A stretch of 64,000 nt of DNA from the NCBI RefSeq assembly GCF_009914755.1, contig NC_060942.1; one strand, written 5' to 3'. The position numbers and the translations under genes were made by a program. Positions 29,747 to 42,419 of this stretch are shown here, in pieces (positions within the stretch are counted from its first letter, which is position 1; each line of letters begins with the position of its first letter). This stretch comes from the human T2T-CHM13v2.0 reference genome, Homo sapiens. The notes under the pieces were generated by a model that was not told the origin of the DNA, ran no database searches, and was given only the letters and a program-made list of their open reading frames with translations.

Positions 29747-30391
29747 TTACTGCAGTTATTGTTTACCTTTCAATTATTAGGCACTGAACACTTATTTTCC
29801 TTCATTACAGCATTCATAGTGTTTGGCAAAGCAATAGAGTCACCTTCAGATTGTTTTATAAAGTCTTTCAATGCCACCCACGCTAGAAGTCTTGGGTGAT
29901 TTTTTCATTAATATGGTGCAGGGGAACATGGACAGAAGAGGAATAATGTACCCACAAATGAAACAGAATTGATCATCTGAACCATGGACAGCTGTAGATA
30001 TGTGCCATCCCCACATTGTATTCACATAAAATGCATTACTTCTTGGTTTTCTTCATTAAATTCATCGAAAAATTCTTTTTATTTTATGCCACAATATATT
30101 TAACAGTGATATATTCAGAGTCTGCAATGTTACACATGCCATGTTTGAAGTTGTTGGCATAGGGTTAAAAAACAGATAGATTGGTCTATGGAAGGTATTG
30201 CCTATATCAGATACAGAAAGTATAAATTATTATAACATCGTTTGATAAAAAATTAAAATAAAAAATATACTGGGATGAAGCCATGGATAGGCTGGGGATA
30301 AAAATGCCCATTCAGGATGAGGGTTATGTTTCAAGTAAGTAATAGCTATATCCCTTAGCTCAGTCTTGAAAGCTGCATAGAAAATAGTTGA

Positions 30392-30794
30392 TGTAACTAC
30401 CTTCTAGTACTGCCATAATAAAGTACCGCAGACTGGGTGGCTTAAATATTAGTAATTTATACTTTCACCCTTCTGGAAGCTAAGAACTCCAAGATCAAGA
30501 TGTCAGCAGGTTTAGTTTCTCCTGATGTCACTCTGTTTGGCTTGTAGACTGCTGCCTTCTTACATGTTCTTATATGGCCTATCTTCTGTGCTTGTGTATA
30601 TGTGGTGTCTCTGTGTGTTCAAATTTCCTCTCCTTATAAGGACATTAGCCATATTGAATTAGGGTCCATGCTAATGACGTAATTTTCACTTAATCACCTC
30701 TTTAAATCCTCTCTCTCCCAATGCAGTCACATGCTGAGGTACTAGGGGTGAGGGCTTCAACATAGGAATTTTGAGAGAATGCTATTCAGCCGCA
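30392..30794 (-). mobile_element. MaLR LTR, MLT1B/C-like
   Basis: gactgggtggcttaaa, tccaagatcaagatgtcagcagg, ctgaggtactaggggtgagggcttcaacata. Confidence 0.85.
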
Positions 30795-31679
30795 GATGAT
30801 AATTGGGTGAGTTTCAGCCTTTCTTTAATTCATTCAAGTACAGTTGGTTCTGCTATAATGAGAAATGTGTATTCTGAAGCCTCACTATTCTCTGAAAACT
30901 TGGCACAATAAAAGCTACAGGGCTTATGAGGAAAGTAGGGTTGAGACACAACACTCAAATACTTTATCAGTAACACATATAAAAAGAGATAGGAACCTAG
31001 CAAAAATGGCAAAACAGTTCTACACATTATATATGTTTGAAAATATGTAAATACTACAATAAATATGACAATTTATTTTGAGAAAGACCTGAAAGCATTT
31101 GTGGAAATGGGTATTGGAAAGGCTGCAGCTTGGGAATTATTGTGAAGTGGTAAAAGATTTATCTGAAACAAGATTTATATGAAAGGGAAAGTTATGACAC
31201 CAAATTTGGTAGGGGCTGGCTTGTAATCCACACAGAGAATTAAGATAGCTGGTGGGAGTGTGAGATGTATGCATTTTGCATATTCCAATATCACTTGCTT
31301 CTTTTAAATATGGTTTTCTATGTTCACCTAGTGTTTCTCAAGGACAAAATTGCCCATACACAAGCGTGAAATTTATGTGATACTTAAATTGTCAGTTACA
31401 GCAGAACTGACTCTACATGAACATAATTCAATCAAACATCCATAATATGTAAAGTGCTCTGCTGAGGTTGGATGAGAGAAGGAAGTGTAAAACAGCCTCT
31501 GCCCTCAGGGGGCTCACAGTCTGCTAAAAAATAGCAATCTGACTATTACACCACATAACACAATGCTTTAGGAACTCTTAGTATTCCTGTATAGTTGAAA
31601 CAAAGTTTGATTGTGGTTGGGCAATGTGAACTGAGGTAAAGCATCCAGGAAATAATTAATATGTAATCTACAACATGCA

Positions 31680-31875
31680 TGTGTATTTCAGCTCTGCTAC
31701 TTTCTTGCCTTGTAATTTTGGATATGCTACTTTGGTGCTCTGTTCCTCACTCTCCTTGTCTATAAAATCAGGTGATAACATTATCACCCACTTTTTAGAA
31801 TTACGTGAGGAGTAAAAGGAACTACACCATTTAAAATGCATAAAACAATGCCTGACACATAATAAGCATTCTACT
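31680..31875 (+). mobile_element. MIR
   Basis: cagctctgctact...ctctgttcctca...tataaaat...atgcctgacacataataagca. Confidence 0.75.
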
Positions 31876-31944
31876 TAGTGCTCATTGTAACTACTATCAG
31901 TATCATTACTACTATCAGTGCTAGATTTATTATTATTTCCATGG

Positions 31945-32385
31945 ATGAGCTGGAATATCACGTAAAGGAGATTGACATTCTACCTAGAAGCAGTAGGAAA
32001 CCAGCATAAGAATTTAAGCAGGGAAGACAAAGCATAATTTTTTTAATAATAAAGCTTTGACAGCACGTTGAAATATGGTTTGAGGACAGGTAAAAGAGGA
32101 AGCAATTGTACCTCCTTGCTCAATTAAAGTGAAGATTGAGAATGGACAGTTACAGGAAGATGAAGATAAAGAAACATATTAAGACACGAGATCAAAGCTG
32201 TAAGTGTTTTTGATTGATTCATTATATGCTAAGTGAGAGAGAGAAGAAATAATCTGCAGAGTTCTAGATTTCTGTTTCAACTAATTGAATAGTTATTCAC
32301 AAGACTTAGGAATACAGCTAAAAATAGACTTGAATAAAAAATAATGTCTGGTTCTGGATTTATGAAAATGGAAGTGGCTGTATGG
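31945..32385 (-). mobile_element. L2 fragment
   Basis: gcagtaggaaacca...aatttaagcaggga, purine-rich L2 antisense pattern. Confidence 0.55.
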
Positions 32386-32423
32386 TAGCACAATGCATAA
32401 TTAAAAATAATCATTTTCTTAAA

Positions 32424-32580
32424 AAGAGACAGGGTCTCACTATATTATCCAGGCTGGACATTGGCTATTCACAATAGTGATTATGTTACACTATAGCCTT
32501 GAACTTCTGGGCTCAAGAAATACTCTTGCCTCAGCCTCCTGAGTAGATGGGACTACAGGTGCACACCATTGCACCCAGCC
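32424..32580 (-). mobile_element. FAM (fossil Alu monomer)
   Basis: Retains the 7SL-like ggctattcaca segment; single monomer. Confidence 0.75.
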
Positions 32581-32802
32581 AAAAGTAACAGTCTTAGTTA
32601 ATGAGAAATGTCTGAATCAGTGATCTGGATTTGGATTGTGCACACTATCAATAGCATACAAATGTGTAGTTCCAAAATTATTATCAGTCCGTTTCACTTT
32701 CATTGGCACAGTGCTCTTTACTTGGTGTCTTCATCACAACCCTCTAGTTTCTCAATCTCATCCTAAAATAATTTTGAAATGCTTCCTTTTAACCCATGGA
32801 TC

Positions 32803-32873
32803 TATATATGTATACACACATACACACATATATATACATATATATTCATACATATTTATACATACACACACAT
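32803..32873. repeat. Mixed (TA)n/(CA)n low-complexity repeat
   Basis: tatatatgtatacacacatacacacatatatatac... Confidence 0.85.
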
Positions 32874-33699
32874 CTCTGAGTGATTCTGAGTTACTAATTA
32901 TAACATGTAAAATATTTTCTGTAAAATATTTTCTCCCATTCTCTTCCGTGCTTCTTCTTGTTACCAGCAAAACTATATCACTTGCTACTCTGCAATGTGC
33001 CAACTAATTGCCACCCTCATGAGGAACTTTTGCCATTACCACAACTTTAATGGCCTATTGTCAACTGGTTAAAATACTTCCAAGACCCAGATCATGTGCT
33101 ATCTCCTCTGTTAAGTTTTTCATGAGTGACACCATTAATATGTCTCCATTCTTAAAACTACCTCATTTATCTCCTGATGCTCTGTTTTGGAAATTTTTAT
33201 ATATCTGTCTTATCCAGCAAATATACAATATTTAATTGATTAGCTTATGAAAATTTATATTATTTTCCCACGTGAGATACTGTTAAAGGGATGTTAGGTA
33301 TAGCAGTGGAGGAAACAAGCCAATATTTGGAATCCTTAACTTGGCGAAACATGTTGTAAAAATAGGTAGTTTTGGCAAGTGATTTTTCAAAGAACAAGAT
33401 AGTAACTACATAAAACTGTCAAAAATACAAATAGCACAGATTGCTCAAAATGTGATAGAATAATTGCTAAGGAGTGAAAGTTTTTTTAAAAAAATGATCA
33501 AAATCTTTTCATAGATATTTTATTGATTTGTTTAAAAATTTTACTGAGCTTAAGATATATCAGAAGGAAAAAAATAAACAAAATAAAACAAACACGCAAA
33601 GATCTCTGCCATTCAGATAAGGCATATTCCTTCAGTAGAGGAATAACAGAATTTCCTACTCAATTCAATGAGGGTTGTGGGAAAAACAGAAGTGCCCCA

Positions 33700-34640
33700 G
33701 ATGACTGCAGTTTTTTTACCTCAGTTGGCTGCCTTTCAGTGGAAATGAAAAAGTTTAAAAACAGAGCAAATTTAAGGGAAACAAGTTTTAGGCATGTTGT
33801 GATTAATTTTCAGTAAATATGCATATGGAGAGGTCTGGTAGGTAGCTGGCTATAAACCATAGCACATCAATTGCTGGGTGATGGGAGCATCCATCAAATG
33901 TGCAAACTACTCTTTGGATCTCAGATCTGGAGACATGTTTAACAATGGCCTATGCTAGAATTGCCATGGTGATCATAAAAAGCAGACCCACTTTTAATCA
34001 GACTTAATATATTCTCTGCAAATTATGACACCACCCGACACGACTTTTCCTTCACTCTTGGCATGGCATTGAATATATGGGTATGATATGTAGGGGCAGA
34101 CTGGACTATGGATACATTTTGGAATTAAGAGCATATTATATAGTATTTAAAGCTCTGAGTCTTTATGAGACCAAGCATAGTGTTTGAAGATAGAGAAGGA
34201 AAGCACCAAGAACTGATTTTACTTAAAAAGATCAATAAAAAAGGAGGAAAGAATAAAGTGACTGGAGAGGTAAGAAAAGCACTAAGTTACTATGGAGTTA
34301 TAAAATCCAAGTGAAGAAAGTGAAAAGGAAAAAATCTGAGGTGACAAAAAGAGAAATCAGTGGTCACTTTATGAGTTCAATGAGGGCTGAGAACTGACCC
34401 GGAATTTAGTGATATGGTCATAACTTACAACTATGAAAAGAACAATTTTATTGCTGAGGTACAGATGAGAGATTGATTAGAAGAAAATTAAGAGACAATT
34501 GGAAAAAATAATTTGGAGAAAGTGCGATAAACTTTTCCAAGAAGATTTGCAGTCAAGAATAACAAAGAATAAAGTAATAAGACAGTTAGTATAGAGTCAA
34601 AAATGTTGTTTTTATGATTGTTTGTGAGATTGAGAGAAAT
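33700..34640 (-). mobile_element. L2 fragments with a ~215-bp interruption
   Basis: aagttttaggcatgttg, ggagaggtctggtaggtagctgg, tgagggctgagaactgacc. Confidence 0.55.
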
Positions 34641-35147
34641 AACAGAATCTTGTTTGTTTTTTGTATATTTAAGATGAAGGCATTTGATAGAAAAAGGTTA
34701 CAGTCTCTCAGAATGAGGCATTTCTTTACTTCTATAAACTATTACTAAGATAGTACCTGAAATATAAGTAAGCTCTGCAGTCCAAAGACTTATATTCCAT
34801 AATTTTATAATGCAATTGCATAATGGCTAAGCAGATTAACACTGCTGTTATTCAGTCTGAATATAAATTTCTGCTCTACTGAGAGGATTCTTAGAAACTT
34901 GGAAAAACAAATAAGCCATTCTTTGTTCCAGGTTCCATCAGTAAAATAGTCTTTTTTTAGCCATCTCATAATGTTGTTATGAAATTTGTATGACAATGAG
35001 TCCAAAGTTATCACAATGCCTAATACTTCATAAGCAGCTAAAACATCATACAATCATTTATATTTTCATATTATCAACACTCACGAGAATGTATAGCTGC
35101 AAGACTTTACATATGCAATGTGTTGATTTACTTTATATTATTGTTAA

Positions 35148-35173
35148 GTGTGTGTGTGTGTGTGTGTGTGTGT
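35148..35173. repeat. (GT)13 microsatellite
   Basis: Direct read. Confidence 0.95.
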
Positions 35174-35484
35174 TTAAATACACTATCAAAGAATACTTTT
35201 TTGCTACTAAACTTCTTTGTATGGATTTCATGTGAAAAACACCTGTAATTAGAAATATAAAATAACAAACTTAAATTGTAAAGATTATCTATCAAGATAC
35301 AATAGCTAATTTTATTTCTAACTCTGGAATATTTAAAACATTTTCTTCAAAATCAGAAAAACTCAAGGATGCTTACAAGCATCTTTATTGATTATATTCA
35401 ATAAGCAGTATTTTAGCCAATGTAATATGACAAGAAAATAGATAAAAGTTATAAGAACATTAAAAAAAACTGCCTTTCTTATCA

Positions 35485-35926
<442 letters not shown>

Positions 35927-37325
35927 TCACCCTGTGCAGGTATTATCTTGAGCATTTCTATCTAACATGAAAACATGCCAAAGCAGAAGAATCTAGGTCT
36001 TATGTGCCATTCCTCCTTCTTCAGACTATAAAGTTTCCAGCCCTATGACACCATTTCTTAATATTCTGTTGCTCTTCTTTGTACTTTAATCTCCTGATTA
36101 ATCAAAAAAAGTGACAAATGAGGAATAATAGGTTAATGCAGCAGGATATGCTTTCAGATGTATGCCACTCTATCTGGTAGACTTCTCTTAGTTTTGAATG
36201 TAGAAAATATCCAACTCAAAATTGTTTAAGCAATGATTTACTTATTTTGCTCAAAAGCAGGAAACCTATAGGTAGGCAGTCTTCAGTGTTAGGTAATTCA
36301 ATATTCCAATTATACAATAAAAATGCATGTTTATTTATTTTCACTTTTATCTCAGCAAATATGTCCCTCCAGAGTTGGTTTCATTCCAAGGCTTGTTCTC
36401 ACATTTGTAAGATGATCTCCAGTAGCAGTTCATATATGTATTCTTAAAATCTATCAGGAGAGACAATTTGTAGCTCCATGTGACTTTTTATAAGAACAGG
36501 AAGAATCTTACCAGAAATTCCCAAGAAACAACTTCTTAAATGTTACTAGTGAGTTTTGAGTCATAATAACATTCCTAAACCAAATCTTGACAGAAATAAA
36601 GGAAATATTCTTTCTCTAAACTCAGCTTTCACTTGGGTATGTAAGCCACTTGAAGAAGGGGAAAAATAACTAACCATAATAAAGTCTTGTGGGAACGAGG
36701 ACAGAATAAAAAAAAGGATCTTGGATAGGCAACCAACAGAGTAAAGAACAATTCTTATACATGGCCAATAGAACACAGCAGGTTAGCTGTTAAGCTTACA
36801 TAATGGGTCTTTGATATGTAAATAATTGGTTCAATAAATATGAAACATGAAAAATATGAAATCTTCTGTCTGCTGGTATGCAAGGCACATAAAATCTCTT
36901 GGGTTTTTTAAGCATCTGGAATTTTTTAGAGATAATTGTTCAAATATCCGTGAGCAATATACAGGTGCTTATTAGATATTGTCACTGTGTTTTCCAGGGT
37001 TGCTAATCTCATTTTCACTCTCAATCAAAATTTTTTTATTTTGACATATGGCTTTCCTGGTTTACCTTTGATGCAGAAGAATATTTTTAATTAGTGCATT
37101 TTCTACCAACATTTTAAAAAATGCTCAGTACCTATAGAAAAACAGATGTAATTGAAAGCTATGGAAAATTAAAAAAAAATGCAACCTTTAGAATCCCACA
37201 ATGCAACCAGTGGTCACTGACATTCAAGTTGATAGCAGAAATCATCGCAACGAGTGCTTTGATTCTCTTGAATTTATCTCTCTCTCTGAAATAAAAACTC
37301 AAATCTCACTGAAATTACCTTAAGG

Positions 37326-37632
37326 CAATTCTACCTCAAAGTGTAATCCATAGAACTATATATAAAGTAATTTTTACTGGCCTGTGATGTACAGGAATTA
37401 AGTAAATAATAAGTACAGAAATTAAGGATAAGTATGTAGAAAATATAACAATTTGATACAGTGATTTTGTGACTATAAAATATAAAGTTCTAAATATGGT
37501 TCGTATTTCACGTAGCTCTTTTTCATTTACTTTTCTAATGATTTACAATCTTTTTTTTTTCACAAAAGTATTATTCCACTAATATTGGGAAAATAATCTA
37601 TCACCTTGATGCAATGAGTTTGAAAAGCACTT
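37326..37632. mobile_element. hAT-Charlie-type MITE remnant
   Basis: Left ctcaaagtgtaatcc and right agtttgaaaagcact resemble Charlie TIRs. Confidence 0.45.
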
Positions 37633-38169
37633 ATCTAAATCTTCCATACTTTTCATACCTTCCTAAATTTTGTAGGTTTTCTGAAAATTACATCATCAAA
37701 GGATATATAAGGTAGACTAACAATTGGAGCAGAAAGATAAATTATGCTACTCTAATTGCTATAATAGAAAGCAAACTGGACTTGAGATCAAGACCCAGTT
37801 TTTATTTTAAACTTAACCTTTTTTAAAAGTTTTGTTTTGGTTAAACATCTGGAAAGTTGGTGTGGTGGCTATTTAAATCCAAATATTTGCACGATATTTT
37901 CCCAAATTTATAGAAAATTTATATTTTCTATAAATTACACAAATCAAGAAGGAAATAACCTACAATATAAATTCCACATCTTCAGCTTAACTAGAAAGCA
38001 AAGAACACCCAAACAATTTTAGCAAGGTTATCTACTAGACTTTTGGCATAGGCTTTATTGGTGTGCTACTGGGGCAGGGAGTAAGTGGGTGGATAACTTT
38101 GCAGAAAAGAGAATAGGTGGAAAGTAACAACGTAAAAGAGTTTAAAAACATCCACTTAAAATGTTGCCC

Positions 38170-38587
38170 ATGGATAAAGAAAATATGGTACATATACACC
38201 ATGGCATACTATGCAGTCATAAAAAAGAATGAAATTATGTTTTTTTGCAGCAATGTGGATAGAGCTGGAGGCTAATATCATAAATGAATTTAGACAGGAA
38301 CAGAAAATCAAATACCACATGTTCTCACTTATAATTGAGAGCTAAACATAGAGCTAATGTGGACAAAAAGAGGGAAATAATCAACACTGGGATTTACTTG
38401 AGGGTGAGTCATGGGAGGAGGATGAAGATGGAAAGACTACATATTGAGTAGTAGCTCATTACCTGGGTGACAAAATCATTTTTACACCAAACCCCAGCAA
38501 CACACAATTTACCCATGTAACAAACATGCATATGTATCCCCAAACCTAAAACACAAATTGAAAGAAAAAATAAATTAATAAATAAAA
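38170..38587 (+). mobile_element. L1PA15-17-like 3' end
   Basis: tggataaagaaaatatggtacatatacaccatgg...caccaaaccccagc...aatttacccatgtaacaaac. Confidence 0.9.
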
Positions 38588-38905
38588 GGTCAGATGCTGT
38601 GGCTGATGCCTGTAATCCCAACAGTTTGGGAAGATGAGGTAGGTGGACTGCTTGGGACCAGGAGTTCAAGACCAGCCTGGGCAACATAGTGAGACCCCAT
38701 CTCTAAAACAGTACAAAAATTAGCCAGGCATAATGGCGTGTACTTATAGTCACATCTACTCAGGAGACTGAGGTGGGAGAACCACCTTAGCCCTGGAGGT
38801 CAAGGCTGCAGTGATCTGTGATCACTCCATTGCACTCCAGCCTGGGTGATGTAAGTGAGGCCTTGCCTCAAAATAATTAATTGATTAATTAATTAAAAAA
38901 TAAAT
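38588..38905 (+). mobile_element. AluJ inserted in the L1 A tail
   Basis: ctgggcaacatagtgagacccc, ggaggtcaaggctgcagtga (J diagnostics). Confidence 0.9.
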
Positions 38906-39065
38906 GAAAGAAAAAGTCCAACCTATGTGAAGACACATTAACAAGGAATCCTAATAAATCAGAACATTGACAGGGAGGGAACATAAATGTTCCTGAGAGT
39001 CAAAATGACATCTAATAAAGACATTATTTTTGTGGGACAGGGAAGAGATTTTAAAAAAAATGAGT

Positions 39066-40192
39066 GAATGACCATGGCCTGTGACACAGTTCCCGAAAAT
39101 CCTGAGAACATGTGCCCATGGTAGACAGGCTATAGCTTGGTTTTATACATTTTAGGGAGACATAAGACATCAATTAATACATGTAAGATGTACATTAGTT
39201 TGGTCCGGGAAGGTGGCACAACTTGAAGTGGGGGCTTCCTGGTCATAGGCAGATTCAAAGACTTTGTGATTTGTGATTGGTTTAAAAAGTTATCCTCTAA
39301 AGAGCTGGAATCAATAGAAAAGAATGCCTGGGTTAAGATAAGGGGTTGTGGAGACCAAGGTTTTATCATGCATATGAAGTCTCCAGGCTTCAGAGCTCTT
39401 ACCAGATTTAAAAATGTTCTAGACTCGGCTGGGCGCGGTGGCTCATGCCTGTAATCCCAGCACTTTGGGAGGCTGAGGCAGGCAGATTACAAGGTCAGGA
39501 GATCAAGACCACCCTGGCTAATATGGTGAAACCCCATCTCTACTAAAAATACAAAAAAGTTAGCTGGGCGTGGTAGCAGGCACCTATAATCCCAGCTACT
39601 CAGGAGGCTGAGGGAGGAGAATGGCGTGAACCCAGGAGTTGGAGGTTGCAGTGAGCCCAGATTGCGCCACTGCACTCCAGTCTGGGCAACAGAGCAAGAC
39701 TCCATCTCAAAACAACAAAAACAAAAACAAAACAACAAAGAAAGCTCTAGACTCAGTTAATTCTCTCCTGGATCAGGGAAAAGACCTGGAAAGGTATGGA
39801 GATTCTCTATAGAATGTAGATTTTCCCCATAAGAGACAGCTTTACAGGGCTATTTCAAAATATGTCAAAGAAATATATTTTGGGGTAAAATACTTCTGTT
39901 TCTTTCAGGGCCTGCTATCTGTCATCTGATGCTATATTAAAGTCAAGGTAGAATTTGGTGTTTTATTGTTACAAAATGTCTGTTATCTGTCTTAATCTCT
40001 GTTTTAATGATAATACTGGTCAGCATTCTCCGAATTCCAAAGGGAGGAGGGTAAAATAAGGCATGTTCATGTCTGACCACCCATTCCCATCATGGCCTGA
40101 AGAGTGTTTCAGGTTTGCTTTAGAGTGCCCTGGATGAGAAGAGGGGCCCATTCAGTTAGTCAGAGGACTTAGAATTTCATTTTTGGTTTTCA
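39066..40192 (-). mobile_element. MER4-group ERV1 LTR (MER4D/E-like) split by an Alu
   Basis: cttggttttatacattttagggagacataagacatcaa; terminus cttagaatttcatttttggttttca. Confidence 0.85.
39427..39740 (+). mobile_element. AluY-like
   Basis: gagatcaagacc..cctggctaa, gagaatggcgtgaacc; TSD core TCTAGACTC. Confidence 0.93.
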
Positions 40193-40319
40193 GTGGTGAT
40201 GGCTGTAATTCAGTGTGAATGTAATAAATATCACAGAACTGTATACTCAAGAATGCTTAAAAGGGTAAATGTTGTTATGTATATTTTACCACAATTAAAA
40301 AAACAACAGTGATCAAAGG

Positions 40320-40681
40320 TGAGATGATTAGTTTTACATGTTGACTTGACTGGGCTGCAGCATGTCTAGCTATTTAGTTAAACATTATCCATAATAAGTC
40401 TGTGAGAGTGTTTCTGAATGAGATTAATATTTCAGTCAGTAGATTGAGTAAAGCACATTTCTGTGGATGACACATCCAATTTGTTAAAAGACTGACCAGA
40501 AAAGAAGTCTGAGTAAGAGAGATTTCACTCTGCCTTTAAGCTGGGACATCCATCTTTGTCTGCCTTCAGGTGAAGTCAAGAAATACACGCATGGTTCTTT
40601 TGGGTATCTAGCCTGCCAAGAGTGGATCTTGAGATTTCTCAGCCTCCATAATCACATGAGCCAACTCCCTATATCTATCTA

Positions 40682-40730
<49 letters not shown>

Positions 40731-40772
40731 CTATATATTACTGGTCTGTTTCTCTGGAGAACCCTAAAACAA
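40320..40772 (+). mobile_element. ERVL LTR, MLT2-like
   Basis: gacttgactgggc, gattgagtaaagca, ctcagcctccataatcacatgagccaa, ctgtttctctggagaacccta. Confidence 0.85.
40682..40729. repeat. (ATCT)12 tetranucleotide microsatellite
   Basis: Direct read. Confidence 0.95.
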
Positions 40773-40779
40773 AATAAAA

Positions 40780-42418
40780 ATCTATTGAAATAATTTTGTG
40801 GTATTTGTCTTTAGTTCTGTTTACGTAATGAATCACATTTATTTATTTGTGTATGTTGAACCAATCTTGCATCCTGGAGATGAAGCCAACTTGGTCATTG
40901 TGGATTAGCTTTTTGATGTGCTGCTGGATTCAGTTTGCAAGTATTTTGTTGGGGAATTAAAAATGCATACAGAACTCAAAAAAGAGCCTGACTAGCCAAG
41001 GCAATCCTAAGCAAAAAGAACAAAGCTGGAGGCATCACGTTACGTGACTTCAAACTATACCACAAGGCTACGGTAACCAAAACAGCAAGGTATTGGGGAA
41101 AAAAAAAGAAAAAAAAGAAAAACGCACATTGACCAATGGAACAGAATAGAGAGCTCAGAAATAAGGTCACATATCTATAACCATCTGATTTATGACCATC
41201 TGATAACTGGCTAGTTATATGCAGAAGATTAAAGCTGGACTGCTTTCTTATACCATATACAAAAATCAACTCAAGATAGATTAAAGACAAAGGTAAAACC
41301 CAAAACTATAAAAACCCTGGAAAACAGTCTAGGCAATATTATACTAGACATAGGAACTGGCAAAGATTTCATGACAAAGACCCCAGAAGCAACTTCAACG
41401 AAAGCAAAAATTGACAAAAGGGATCTAATTAAAGAACTTCTGCACGGCAAAAGAAACTATCAACAGAGTAGGCAGAGAACCTACAGAATGGGAGAAAGTA
41501 TTTGCAAACAATTCATCTAACAAAAGTCTAATATCCAACATCTATAAGAAACTTAAACAAATTTACAAGAGAAAAACAACACCATTTAAAAGTGGGCAAA
41601 GGACATCAACAGACACTTCTCAAAAGAAGACATACATGTGGCCAACAAGCACATGAAAAAAAGCTCAGTATTACTGATCATTAGAGAAATGCAAATCAAA
41701 ACCACAATGAGATATCACCTCACCGGTCAGAATGGCTATCATTAAAAAGTCAAAAAATAACACATGTTCATGAGGCTGTGAAAATAATGGAAGACATACA
41801 CTTAGTGGGAGTGCAAATTAGTTCAATGATTGTGGAAAGCCATATGGTGATTCCTCAAAGAGCCAAAAGCAGAACCACAATTCGGCCCAGCAATCCCATT
41901 ACTGGGTATATACCCAGAGGTATATAAATCACTCTACTATAAAGACACATGTACACGAATATTCATTGCAGCACTACTGACAATAGCAAAGACATAGAAT
42001 CAACCTAAATGCCCATCAATGACAGATTAAAGAAAATATGGTATATATACCCCATGGAACACTATGCAGCATAAAAAAGAATAAGATCATGCCTTTGCAG
42101 GAACATGGATGGAGCTGGAGGCTATTATCTTTAGCAAACTAACTCGGAAACAGAAACCCAAATACAGCAGGTTTTTACTTATAAGTGGGAGCTAAATAAT
42201 AATAACTTATGAAAATAAATAAGAAAACTTCAGACACCAAAGTCTACTTGACAGGGGAAGGTGGGAGGAGGAAAAGGAGAAGAAATGATAACTAATAGTA
42301 CTGGGCTTAATGCCTGGGTGATGATATAATATATGCAACAAATCCTCATGACACATGTTTACCTATGTAACAAACTTTCACATGTACGTCCAGACCTTTA
42401 ATAAAAGTAAACAAAAAA
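40780..42418 (+). mobile_element. L1PA14-16-like, 5'-truncated, with inverted 5' piece (~40780-40955 on minus)
   Basis: Antisense ORF2 piece abutting sense ORF2 3' half, 3'UTR and A tail. Confidence 0.88.
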
Positions 42419-42419
42419 T

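Noticed and set aside
31771-31788. Palindrome GGTGATAACATTATCACC
   Set aside because: 8-bp arms inside a MIR; expected occasionally in 64 kb
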